From positions 48,725 through 112,724 of the forward strand of contig CDMY01000342.1 in NCBI GenBank assembly GCA_001179505.1: DNA of 64,000 nucleotides, in the 5' to 3' direction. A program made the translations under genes and the position numbers. A model generated the notes under the pieces. That model ran no database searches, was not told the DNA's origin, and was given only the letters and a program-made list of their open reading frames with translations. Source of the stretch: Vitrella brassicaformis CCMP3155 (lineage: Eukaryota; Protista; Chromerida). Below, in pieces: positions 10,695-22,873 of this stretch; positions within the stretch are counted from its first letter, which is position 1; every line of letters begins with the position of its first letter.

Positions 10695-12959
10695 ATGGAG
10701 GCGGAGAGGCTCAACCAAGCCATTCATCGAGATGATGTCTCTGTGTTTGTATCTGCCTGTCTGCACTGTGCAGACAAAGACACGTCGGGCCGCAAATCGT
10801 CGGTGTTTCGGGTGGGCTGGGCAGGGGCTGGGGCAGGGCAGTGCAAAGACTCCTGCACCGGTGCGTCTGTACATGTGTATGTGTTCAGGTGTTGACGCAT
10901 TCAGGGCCCGAGCCGCCCGAGATTGACGAGGAGACAGCCATTGCAAAGGGGGGACTCGAGGCTGTTCCTGAGGTACATATTACAGTACGCAGATGGAGGC
11001 AGCGCATGCGGCGATCGCACGCCATCGACGTGAATGTAAGATGAGAAGGAGTGTGTGTATGCGGCGACAGAGGAGGCAATCGAGATCCACACCAGACACA
11101 CAGGTACTCTCTTGTCAATGGCTGACGATTGGTTGGTGTTGCGTCATTTGGTGTCTCTCTGTCGGTGTGCATGGCTGAAGTTGGTTCTGCTCCTCGTCTG
11201 ACGGTGACCCAGCTGGCGGAGCATGCCCGCCGGCACACCATTCTCAACACGGCAGCCATCAATGAGCTCAAAGAAGTGTAGGCAATGGACTTGGGGAGGG
11301 CAGTGAGGGAGGCGGTAATCAATGCGTGGATGTGTGTGTGCAGTGATCCGAAGGTGGTGCAATTTCTGCAGTCGTGGGCAGGCGTGCTCGTGCAGGTAGG
11401 TAGGCTATCAGACAGACAGGAGGGATATGTGAATCTGACGGCTAAGTGCGTGTCTCCTCTCCATTCCATTCCATCCATCGCAGCTGCTCATCTTCTTCGT
11501 CTGCGTCAATATTCAATCGTAAGCCCTTAAGGACTTACCTACCGACAAGATCGACCGTTGCCCACCCAATGTGTGCACTGCACGGTTCCCTGCTTGCAGA
11601 TTCACCCCCAACGTAGGCGGGTGGCCAAGGTCATCCCCCAAACCGGCAAGAAGGGCCAGCCTTTCTTCGATGGTGTGCATTGCATCTTCACACCACTAAA
11701 CCCAGGACGCACTGCACCGACCACAACAATTAAAGGCATGGACGTGTGGGTATTGTATGGCGCAGGTGTTGTCATGTCGTGTGCGGCCCTATTCAATGTC
11801 ACCCTGATGATCTTCGTCTCCCTCGCCGCCGACGGCGTGCAGGGACTCAATGCATGCTTCAGCCCCAAGGCATGCAGCCACACCCACGCACAGAGACAGA
11901 GAGGGAGAGGGGCGCCCAAATGACTTCCCGACATTTGTACCTACTGTGTGTCAGGAAGTGCTTCTGATGTCCCCTCCGGCCTTTTTGTACGGTGTGGGTG
12001 ACTGTCTGCAGCTCATCGCCCTTAAGCTACACCGACCCCACACTCGTGCAAATCGCCTCTCAGTCAAAGATGATCCTGTCGGCCCTGCTGTGCCGCTTCT
12101 GGCTGGGCCGCCCCCTGAGCGGCCTCCAATGGCTGCTGCTGGTGGCCACGTCGACCATCCTTTATTCCTATGTGCAGTTAGACTTTCTGGTCGACAAACT
12201 CTCGGTGGCCAAACTGGGCAAGGCCGCACAGGACAAGGCCGCACAGGCGCAGCTGATCGGCATTTCCCTGCTGGGACTCAGAGTGCGTAGGTCGACGTAG
12301 TGAAGGGGCCGAGAGAGTAGGGGCACTGCGTGTGTCGTGTCGGCTTGTAGGTGTTGCTGACGACGCCAGGTGGTGTGCTGTCTGACTACCTATTTAAGAC
12401 GACCAAGCGTCCATTCTACATACAGCTCGCGCAGACGATGTGGTCAACGGCGGCCGCCAGCATGGTCATGACACTCATCCAGTTCTGGAAGGGCGACCTC
12501 TGGTCAAAAGGCGTCTTCGGAGGTATGGACTTGCGACCGGATTGAGACGTGGAGACATGTACTGAATGCATTGTAGTGCATTACACGTGTGTCTTCATGC
12601 CATGCAGGAATTGACTGCGGCGGTGTGGAGCCGTGCGGCTGGAGCGGCCGCGTGATTTTCCTCACCGCATGGTGGGCTGGTTGATGGATAAAGGCGCAGA
12701 GACACACAGATGTCTCCCTGACCGTGAATATTGGTTGGAGGATGGATGGATGCATGGCTGGACGGATGTCTGCAGGTATGCGCTGCGCACGTCGGTGAAC
12801 TGTCTGCTGCTGAAGCGGCTGGATGCGGTGTGGAAGGGCATCGCCGACACCGTGGCGACCCTCTTCGTCTTCATCTACGCCGTCACCATCTTCGGCGAGA
12901 AACCCGGACCGGCAGTCGACCTCAAAGTCAGTGCGTGATCGACTGAGCGAGAAGACACA

Positions 12960-12995
<36 letters not shown>

Positions 12996-13156
12996 TGCAA
13001 TACACCTGCGCCTGTCTTTGTGTGGCCAAGGTTGCGTTGATTTTGGGTATCATCATTGTGGTGATTGCCTATGTGCTGACCAAAGTCAATGTCCCCAAGA
13101 AGGAGGAAAGCCAGCAGCAGCAGCAGCAGCAGCAGCAAGAGGCCAAGAAGGAGTGA
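10695..13156 (+). CDS. Nucleotide-sugar transporter (SLC35A / UDP-Gal / CMP-Sia type)
   Basis: Exons encode PAFLYGVGDCLQLIALSYTDPTLVQIASQSKMILSALLCRFWLGRPLSGLQWLLL, LSDYLFK...FYIQ, LLLKRLDAVWKGIADT and a final exon VALILGIIIVVIAYVLTKV...QQQEAKKE*. The start codon is uncertain. Confidence 0.88.
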
Positions 13157-13570
13157 AGCAGTTCACCCACATGATGTGCAATTCGGTGACTGAGTGAGAG
13201 TTTTCGGCAGACAAGAGAAATGAGGATGTGATGTGTGTGCTATGCGGTGGGTGGTGTGTGGTGGGTGGCTCGCGAGTGCGACCGACAAAGTAAGCGCTGG
13301 AGAGATGGTGGTGATTCCATACACAAATGCGTCCCTCAGTCATTAATTATGCATCCCTCGAGACCTGGGTATACTCCAAAAAGCTCTTCCTTGTGTGTCC
13401 ACACACACACACACATAAAGAGTACTTACTGTCTGTATACACTGACTGCACAGTGCAGACAGATGCACACACACTCCACAAAGTGGGACCCACACACGTA
13501 CAAACAAAGGCAGGTACACTTGTTGTGTCCATCCATCCATCTACTGCCTGCCTGGCCGCCGTGCGTCTAT

Positions 13571-14230
13571 CTATTGGCTCTTGATGCTCATCTTGAGCTG
13601 CTCGATTCTCTTCCGGTAATAGGCGATCAGCTGCGAGACACGCCAACACACTCTGTAGGCACAAACACACACACGTCACTCACACGCTGCAGAGAGGTGA
13701 GACGGGTGCTGGCTGACATCCACAAGGTGATGTTAGAGAGGCTGATCCACCTGCACACACACACGCACACACACACACACCGATCATGGCAGGCGGGCAC
13801 ACACCAGTAATCAACCAATAGCAGCAGAGTGCTTCCTTCCGTACCAGTTCCGTTGGTGCCTCCAGAGGTTCATTTTCCATCTGTCCTCCATCTGCACCTG
13901 ATAGGGCGAGGTCGCCGCCTGGGTGCTCCTCATCTTCTGCAGGTCGACACTCTCATACGCAAACAGCACCAGCGTCACCAAAGTGATGAACGTCACCACC
14001 CTGCACAAACAATCCACACACAATCGATTCTGTCGCATCTGCCTGTCCTGTTTGTTCTGTTTGCCTGCATACCGACCTGATCCTGGCGAGTCCGATGGAG
14101 ATGTGAGCCGCGCAGAGTGCATGGCCTGGCCGAGGCGCTCGAGCATCACCACGCCAGACAGCAGCAGGATGCACAGCGTGGCGGCGATTGGGGCGCAGAT
14201 CCACGCGATGAACGACCACACCGAAGCCAT
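13571..14230 (-). pseudogene. BAP31/BAP29-like, frameshifted copy
   Basis: Duplicate of 15925-16545 with a 5-nt duplication (ggcca) in exon 1 at ~14121-14130 that shifts the frame after MLERLG, plus an F-to-S change in WISLFN. Confidence 0.8.
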
Positions 14231-14307
14231 TGATGGCACCGACGTTCGGCCCCGTCTGTCTGTATGCCTTTGAGTGAGCCTCTTCAGCTTTCCCCTTTGT
14301 GCACGTC

Positions 14308-14340
14308 TAAGCTCGCAGAAACCCCACACCCTAAACCCTA
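14308..14340 (+). repeat. Dispersed short element with a telomere-type CCCTAAACCCTA core (second copy at 55901-55939)
   Basis: taagctcgcag plus gaaaccccacaccctaaacccta (23 bp identical) at both sites. Confidence 0.8.
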
Positions 14341-14766
14341 TAGTCTCTGCTTTGAGGGCTTCTTCCCATTGCAGGGGGGCGGGGAGGGCGGGGAATGGTT
14401 GCTCGTGTGATGGGCTGTCTGTGTGGTGAGCTTGAGCGGATGGCCTCGCGTGTGTGAGAAGTGGGTATGCGGCAGGGGGGGTATCGATGGGGTGAGTGCG
14501 GTGAAGTGGTAAGAGGTGCAATTTGGTGGAAATGCCGAATGGCGAGGCGATGGGCGTTGGCATACAGACCTCTTTAAGACAAAGCTCTACAGTCAATACT
14601 CGTCCTTCCAGGGCATCGCCAAGTTGGCAGAAAAGCCGTGGACACAGAGAGAGAGTGAGTGCGTGCAGGGGTGAGTGGGGGCGAGTGGGGGTGCAAGGGG
14701 GTGTCCATCAGATGCACACACACACAGACAACACACACAGACTCAGACAGACAGACAGACACGCTC

Positions 14767-15038
14767 GGCTCGGCCCTTCGGGCCTCGCCTTCGCCTGAGT
14801 GACACACACACACACACACACGCACAGAGAGAGAGAGAGAGGGAGAGACAATCGAATGATTGCAGGGGGTGTGTCCATGCGATGCACACACACGACAGAC
14901 ACACAGACAGAGAGAAAGAGTGCGCTCAGGCTCGGCCCTTCGGGCCTCGCCTTCGCATGGACGACACACAGACACAGACACACACACCTGCCCATGCCTT
15001 GGCTCGTCTCGGCTCGGCCCTTCGGGCCTCGCCTTCGC
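14767..15038. repeat. Three identical 28-bp hairpin repeats GGCTCGGCCCTTCGGGCCTCGCCTTCGC (14767-14794, 14929-14956, 15011-15038)
   Basis: Read directly; the copies are embedded in CA/GA microsatellite. Confidence 0.9.
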
Positions 15039-15924
15039 CTGAGTGACACACACACAGAGAGGGAGGGAGGGAGGGAGGGAGGGAGGGATGGATGTGTGTG
15101 TGGGGGTCATGTGTGTGGGGGTCGTGTGTGTGGGGGTCGTGTGTGCGTGCTGCGCGGCCCTCAGCTCAGCGCCCGCCCTGCCCCGCAGGGTTTGACGTTG
15201 AGCCAGCCGCTGATGAGCATTTCCTCCTCATACTCGTTGTCGTCGATCATCCGCTCTCGCCTCTCGCGAAAGAAAGCTGCGACGCGACAGACACAAACCT
15301 GACACACGCACACACACACACACACACACCGAGAGAGAGAGAGAGAGATGCAATACACCTGCGCCTGTCTTTGTGTGGCCAAGGTTGCGTTGATTTTGGG
15401 TATCATCATTGTGGTGATTGCCTATGTGCTGACCGAAGTCAATGTCCCCAAGAAGGAGGAAAGCCAGCAGCAGCAGCAGCAGCAAGAGGCCAAGAAGGAG
15501 TGAAGCAGTTCACCCACATGATGTGCAATTCGGTGACTGAGTGAGAGTTTTCGGCAGACAAGAGAAATGAGGATGTGATGTGTGTGCTATGCGGTGGGTG
15601 GTGTGTGGTGGGTGGCTCGCGAGTGCGACCGACAAATTAAGCGCTGGAGAGATGGTGGTGATTCCATACACAAATGCGTCCCTCAGTCATTAATTATGCA
15701 TCCCTCGAGACCTGGGTATACTCCAAAAAGCTCTTCCTTGTGTGTCCACACACACACACACACATAAAGAGTACTTACTGTCTGTATACACTGACTGCAC
15801 GGCGCAGAGCAGACAGATGCACACACACTCCACAAAGTGGGACCCACACACGTACGAACAAACAACGGTACACTTGTTGTGTCCATCCATCCATCTACTG
15901 CCTGCCTGGCCGCCGTGCGTCTAT

Positions 15925-16545
15925 CTATTGGCTCTTGATGCTCATCTTGAGCTGCTCGATTCTCTTCCGGTAATAGGCGATCAGCTGCGAGACCCGCCAA
16001 CACACTCTGTAGGCACAAACACACACACGTCACTCACACGCTGGCTGCAGAGAGGTGCGATGGGTGCTGGCTGACATCCACAAGGTGATGTTGAAGAGGC
16101 TGATCCACCTGCACACACACACACACACACACACCGATCATGGCAGGCGGGCACACACCAGTAATCAATCAGTACCGACCAGTTCCGTTGGTGCCTCCAG
16201 AGGTTCATTTTCCATCTGTCCTCCATCTGCACCTGATAGGGCGAGGCCGCCGCCTGGGTGCTCCTCATCTTCTGCAGGTCGACACTCTCATACGCAAACA
16301 GCACCAGCGTCACCAAAGTGATGAACGTCACCACCCTGCATGGCACACATCCACACGTCTGCCTGTCCTGTTTGTTCTGTTTGCCTGCATACCGACCTGA
16401 TCCTGGCGAGTCCGATGGAGATGTGAGCCGCGCAGAGTGCATGGCCGAGGCGCTCGAGCATCACCACGCCAGACAGCAGCAGGATGCACAGCGTGGCGGC
16501 GATTGGGGCGCAGATCCACGCAATGAACGACCAAACTGAAGCCAT
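15925..16545 (-). CDS. BAP31/BAP29-like ER membrane protein (intact copy)
   Basis: Spliced MASVWSFIAWICAPIAATLCILLLSG...RVVTFITLVTLVLFAYES...KMNLWRHQRNWWISLFNITLWIVCWRVSQLIAYYRKRIEQLKMSIKSQ*. It has three TM segments, a QRN motif matching Bap31 RAQRNxYIS, and a coiled-coil tail. Confidence 0.8.
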
Positions 16546-16721
16546 TGATGGCACCGACGTTCGGCCCGCGAGAGTTGTCACTCGTTCGCAGCGGTTTAGA
16601 GCCCCGTGTATCTCTTTTTCGGCCCCCGGCCCCAGGCCGCTGCCTTCCGTTCGTCACTCAAAGGTACGCTTGAGTACCCAACGCACACAGTAAGTGCACT
16701 CGGGCTGAGCTGTCGCCATCC

Positions 16722-19700
16722 ATGGCGGAGCCACCCAACAACACCAGTAGCCAGTCATGCCGCAAGACCATCCTGGGCTCCTCAGCCCGCAAGCGGCGCA
16801 GCTCGGGCAGAGTGTCCCACCTCAACGTCCCTCAGCTGCTGTCCGTCGACCCAACACCCGAAAGCTCGGCTTCCGTGCCTGCCAGCTACTGTTCTGAGGC
16901 CGGGGAGGCCTTGTTGGAGGACATCATCGAGCACGAGCAGGAGCACGAGCATGACCAGCACCACGATGAGGGCAACGGCCATGAGGACAAGATGGCCCTC
17001 GACTGGCGGTGGCTCGTGCAGTGCTCGGAGCGCAGGATTGCTGACGCCAAGAGGCTTCTCACAGACAATGAAAGGAGCCTCTTCAAGAACGGCAAGAAGC
17101 TGGGCCAGTTCATGAGCTACGTGCCCAGGACCATCCAGGTGCATTCCGCACGACCTTACACCCGCACGTTCGTTCCATACAAACATTGTGTCTGCAGGAG
17201 GCGATAGCCGACAACGAGATCCCCATATCTGACCGTTCGGGCATCGTTATCGATCGGTTCCCGGCTGCAGTGGCCTTTGTGGATGCGAGCGGCTTCACGA
17301 CACTCACGGACGAGCTCAGTAGATTCCCAAATGGGGCGGAACTGCTGGGAGAGGTCAGCCTGACTGAGTTGCGTCTGGCCATCCATATGTTTGTCTGGGG
17401 TTGTTTTCGATGCCTGGCGGTCTGTCTGTGTCATTGCCTGCGTGTCTCACGTAGGTGCTGAACGGCTTCTTCACCTTTTTGATCGAGCGAGTGTGCGACT
17501 ACGGAGGGGACATATTCAAGTTTTCAGGTGAAGATTCCTTAGAGACATGCATGTGCTATCGGCCGTCCATCCGTCATATGTGTTTCCCTCCCTGCAGGTG
17601 ACGCCGTGACGATCTTGTGGCCAGCCGACGACACCGACAATGAGGGCGGCACATCCGACCCGCAGTCGCCACCCCAAGTCAATGCCTACCTCCCTCCCCG
17701 TCCCCGGTCTGAGTTCTTCACCCCCACATCCGCACGCGGCTCTGAGCCATCCATTTCCGGCGGTGTGTCGCGGCCGTCCGCTTCGACCATCGGCGGGCAG
17801 AGCATCTGCTCGCTGCCCAAAACGACGTCGCTGTCGTCCGTTTCATCTGCCTCCGGGGGGCTGACCGGTGGCACCCGGGGCAAGCGACGGACCCTTGCCT
17901 ACTACGGCTTTCGCTTCTCCCAGGACGAGGACGAGGGGGACGATGGCGCCGACCCGCTTCGACCGAGGGTGTCGGATTCCTCGTTCGGGGAAGACACCGA
18001 CAACGTCGGGAACTCATCGCCTGACAGCGCTCCCTTGTTTCCGCCGTCGCCGCCGCCCGGCGTGCTATCGCCTCCGACGGGCATGTCGGTGCAGTCGTCT
18101 GCGATGAAGAAGGATGCATGTAAGAGGGTGCCCTCATCCACAGTCATCTTCAAAATCCCCGAGCACCAACAGGACGACCGGCAGTTCTCCAAGTACCGAC
18201 AAGTGCCGGCAGACTTCGTGGTCGACGTTCGTCAGGCTTTGCGGTACGCGCTGCAGTGCTGCCAGGAGCTGCAGAAACGGCTGCATCGCTACCAAACCAA
18301 GTACTCGGGGCTGACGCTGTCGCTGCACATCGGGGTCGGGGTGGGGGAGGTGACCATGCTGCAGGTCGGGGGGGGGCGTCATCGACCGATGGGAGTACGT
18401 CCTCGCTGGGCCGCCTCTCCACCAAATCAGCATTGCTGAGCCGCTCGCCAATGTACGCCAGACATGTTTATTTTGACTCCGTCTTCGCCTGGCTGATTCT
18501 CTCCATCGTTTGATTCATCAGATCGGAGACACCGTGCTGTCTCCGCAAGTGACCAACATACTGGGGGACGAGCTCATCTCGACTCCAGTGCCCGACAGCC
18601 GCTTCAGGACAAAGTGTGGGATCGAAGTCAGCCAGAAGGGTTTTGCGTTTTTTAATGGCCTCAAGGGGCCGTCCGTCAGCCCACCGCCGAAGCTGCTGCC
18701 TCTTGATCTTACCAAGGCCGATGCAAGGCTGCTGAGCAGGTCGGGTGGAGCTCGGCAAAATACATCAGCGAGGCGGCAAACCAGTGTGCTCTCTGTCGGC
18801 TATGTTTGAAGGTACATACCCCAGGCTGTATATCGCCGTCTTTTGTCAGGGCATGATGCATCCATTGAGGAAATGAGAATGGTGAGACACAGATCCGGCC
18901 CGCCGACCCGTTTAACGTTGGAATGTGTTGTTGCTGTTGTTGGCAGCTGACTGTCGTGTTTGTGTGTATCCATGACCTGGACGTGTCGACTCATGAGGGT
19001 TCCGAGGTGGCTCAGGCTCTCATGGCCACCGTGCAGAAGTCCGTCTACACGCAGGAGGGGTCGGTCAACAAGTTTCTTCAGGACGACAAGGGCGTTTTGC
19101 TGCTGATTTTGTTCGGGCTGCCTCCATTGCACCACAGCGATGATGCAATTAGAGGTCCCCTGCGCTGCATCAAACAATGAATGGAGGCGATGCTCTTGCT
19201 CCCACGCATTCATGCTCGCATACTTGTGTGTGCAGGTCTGTTGGCTTCGCTGCGTATACTTGACAGTTTGAAAGACTTGGGATTGGAGGGCTCGCTGGGC
19301 CTCGCCACCGGGCGTGTCTGGTGCGGGGTGAGACAGCGACAGCATACATAGACAAACACGGCTGAGAGGAAGACACGCATACAGGAGATGTTGCCACGTC
19401 TTGTGTCGACCTCAGACTGTGGGATGCCACCTGAGGAAGGAGTACACAGCTTTGGGCGACACCGTCAACATCGCTGCCCGTCTCATGTGTCATGCGCCTG
19501 CAGGCGCGATCTACTGCGACAGGCAGGCAACAGAGCGACACACAGCTCAGCGGGCAGTTTGAGAGACAGTCACCGCGCGAGTGAGGAATTGTGCGTTTGC
19601 TTGTGTGCAGGGCGACGCATGATCGGTGTGAGAACTATATGGAGTTTGAGTCGTTGGAGGCCATCCAGGTCAAGGGCAGGAGAGGCATCATTGAAGTCTT

Positions 19701-20384
19701 CAGACCCACTGGCAGCCTCAAGCTGAGAGCACTCAGACAAGCACAGCAGAACCAACCGGTATGATCAATCAATCAATCATTCGACCGATCACAGAAGAGA
19801 GGCATTTCATTTTCCCACTTGATAGGTCTGTCTGTCTGTCTGTCTGCCTGCCTGTCTGCCAGAAGGGCAACTTGGAGTTGTGGGAGGAGTGGCGGGAGCG
19901 CAAGCGGCTGTTCCGTGTGATGGCAGGTTGTTCGTCTGACATCACGATGGAGGGCAAGGACGAGACCAACCAGGAGCTGTTCGACGCCATCAAGACACCC
20001 AAAGTCTCTAAAAGAGCCATCTCGGTGTCTTTCAAGGACGACGGACACGCCAACAGCACCAGCAACACGACCACAAACCTAGCGCCATGTAGCGAAGGGC
20101 TCCACGGTGACGACATCTTCGCAGACGCGTCGGTGGCCACATCGATGCACCGGCGGATGTCGCGTCGGAAAAGCAAGAGTGTCAGCGATCACCACCACCA
20201 CCATTCGCGGATCGAGGAGGGGCTGCTCAGTGTCGGTGGAGTCATCGCCGTTACCGGGAAAGAGGGCTTCGGCAAAACAGAGCTTTCTCTCTTCGCACGC
20301 AAGGTGGCCGAGGAAAACGGATTCTCTGTTTTTTCGGGATGCAACCAGGTCGGTGAGTCGAGCAACGTGTGTATGCTTGCTCGA

Positions 20385-20419
<35 letters not shown>

Positions 20420-22873
20420 GTGGTGCGTGAGTGCTTCAGGCGTATGCGGAGTGCTTTGACTCGGAGATCACTCAGATGTCCTTTGGCATCGTCCCTCTGT
20501 TGGCCTGGCGACAAATCATCTCACAGATTGTGCAGGTGAAACAGACAGGCATTGCAAACAAGTTACTAGACCATGTCTACCTCTTTGCCTTCAGGAGCTC
20601 CGTCACCTGTCACCCACCGACGGCGGTGGGCGGATGATGTCCCGATATGAAGCGATAAGAAGCGTGCTACCAGAAACGCTACACCCGTAAGTGCTGCTCG
20701 TAGCACACAAAGAAGGCTACAGCCTGGAAGGCGGGCTGCGGCTGGCTGCAGGGAGATTCCATATTTGGACCCGTTTGTGACTGAGCTGCACATCCCCGAC
20801 GACGCCCAATCGCCGACACTAATGGGAGCGACAAGGAGGGAATCATCGCCGACGGTGTCGCCCACGATGCCGCTGCGGAAAAGGGGAGAATGGCCGTCGC
20901 TCTCTGGGGAGGCGGGGGGTGCTGATGCCGGTGGGGCCCACCAATTCAACGAGTGCGTGCCAATCGCCAATTCTTTCCTGGAGGCGTTTGCGAGAGACAG
21001 GCAGGTGTTCATCTCACTGCATGTGAGACAGGGCACCTCTGTTTTTGGACAGGTGAGATGACGGAGGACCACAGCACCGCCGCACTCTCCGTCGTGTGAC
21101 CGCAGATGGATCGGGAGTCTTGGCGTGTGGCGAAAGCCCTGGCTGACCTGGCCCTCACGAAGCGTCGGCAGATCATCGAAGCACACCAGCGGGGGAGGGG
21201 GGGACTCCAGGCAGCCGACACAGACGCAGCGACAGAGGACGACACACCGAAGCCACTAGTGTTTCTTCTCATCTCCAGGTGGCAAGCCAGGCTGGTCTGA
21301 AGGTATACAGCGCCATACTCATTGCTTGTCCCGTGTGGCGTCTGCCAGAGACGCGTCGTCAATCGCCTACCCCGAGAATCACGACGTGGTAGCGGCGGCT
21401 GAATCATGCAGTGCTCTCTTCCAGAGCGGTGAGGCGGGACAAACGTCAATATTTGAAAGGTCAATCCATTTAGTGTCGTGCCTCATGTATGTTCCTGCGT
21501 CCGTCAGGCCCTCTTTCTCAAGATGACTGCGCTGAGTGGTTCGCCTTCACCCTCGGCTGCGACCCACAGTGAGCTTCGCGCGCACACACAGACGCACATT
21601 CGTCCGAGCAGGTGTGCCGTGCCCGTGCTCTTGTCTTTCGTGGTTTCATGCAGGTCTGTGCCAGACGACGTCAAGTCGTATCTTTTCTTGCTGACGGGCG
21701 GTGTGCCCAAGTTTGTGGAAAAGACTGTCGAGATGCTGCTGAAGGAGGGGGCGTTGGAGGTGCGCCAAGACCCATCAAAGCCAAGCGCCCCCGGACAGCT
21801 CGTGATCCTCAAAACCATCGACTCTGTCCCGATCGCGCCTGAGCTGGTGGACGCCAATGGACGGATGCAGGACAGGCAGGCATTTGTATCATGATGTCCT
21901 GCCTGCTGCAGATGGGCAAGGCCATGTCTCAGCTGGAAAGCCTCGAGCCCGACGCCATCATGGCCGTCAAAGTAGGAGACACGGCTGCTCGAGGCTTCGA
22001 GGAGAATTGAACCGTCTCCTCTTCGCTGGATGGCAGGTGGCAAGTGCGTTGCCCAGTTGCTTCACCGTTGGCGACCTGTACCACACTTTCCCTTCGGACA
22101 TCAGATGGAGAAGGTCAGTCACATAACGACCATCAGGAAAAGCAACGAACACTCCAGCTTTCCCTTTTGCAGGCTGGTGGATCTGTGCAAGATGCTGGTG
22201 GATGAGAACATTTTCTCTGTCGTGCCGGGCGATGACGACAGCGATGCCGACTCTAATGATGAGGAGACCGATCGCTTCCCGTTATCACGTCGGTACTCCG
22301 ACGAGATTTCCGCGATCTCTCTGCAGTCGTCGAGATCATCCGCTTTGTCCTACCATCGCACGTCAAGAGAGATCCGGAAACTGGGGAGGTCCAGGCACAC
22401 CAAGCCGGCGCACGCGCTTCCCGTCATGCCGAAATCTTCGTCTCGGCAGTTCACTTCGATGCTGTCCACTCCTTCTGTGTTTGGAGGGAGCCCGGACCGA
22501 CAGCAGAAGAAGAGCGGAGGCAAGAGCTTGGGGAGTGTCCACGCAAGCATACCCGAGGAGAATGAAGACGACGAAGGCGGCGACAACGAGACCAGCGTTC
22601 CGCCGGGAGATGATGAGCAGCGGGCTGTGGGCCATTTCCATCGCAGCGACTCTCTGCCACAGTCGTGTGCGGTAGCCAGGGCACACTTGGAGTTTCATAA
22701 CCATCTCATCCAAAAGGTGGGTTGACATACACCCACCTTCAACACCTTTTTGCATTTCTGGCTGTTCGTGTTGTGTGTGTCTCGTGCAGGTCGCTTCTTC
22801 CCTGATGCTGAATCAAGAGAGAAGGCGCATTGAGCGCACCAAGACCATCATGGGAGGCAGGCCGTCCACATAG
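16722..22873 (+). CDS. ADCY10: Soluble adenylyl cyclase (ADCY10/sAC-like): two class III cyclase domains + P-loop STAND NTPase
   Basis: C1: FVDASGFTTL...GAELLGEVLNGFF...YGGDIFKFSGDA. C2: GSVNKFLQDDKGVLLLILFGLPP, GLATGRVWCG, EYTALGDTVNIAARLM. Walker A: VTGKEGFGKTEL. Winged-helix-like EFHNHLIQKVASSLML just before the stop. Confidence 0.92.

Larger units (their letters stand above)
12954..16567. repeat. Direct segmental duplication ~12954-14252 vs ~15301-16567 (transporter last exon + BAP31-like), separated by ~1 kb of unrelated spacer
   Basis: Near-identical sequence; homology stops after gacgttcggccc in both copies. Confidence 0.95.

Noticed and set aside
14767-15038. CRISPR array from three identical 28-bp palindromic repeats
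   Set aside because: Eukaryotic context, irregular spacing (162 and 82 bp periods), microsatellite spacers and no cas genes.
16037-16050. 4-nt insertion (ctgg) in BAP31 copy 2 as a second frameshift, implying both copies are dead
   Set aside because: Using the donor TGG AT|GTCAGC and the acceptor cctacag|A gives NITLWIVCWRVSQLIAYY, which fits Bap31 and places the insertion in the intron.
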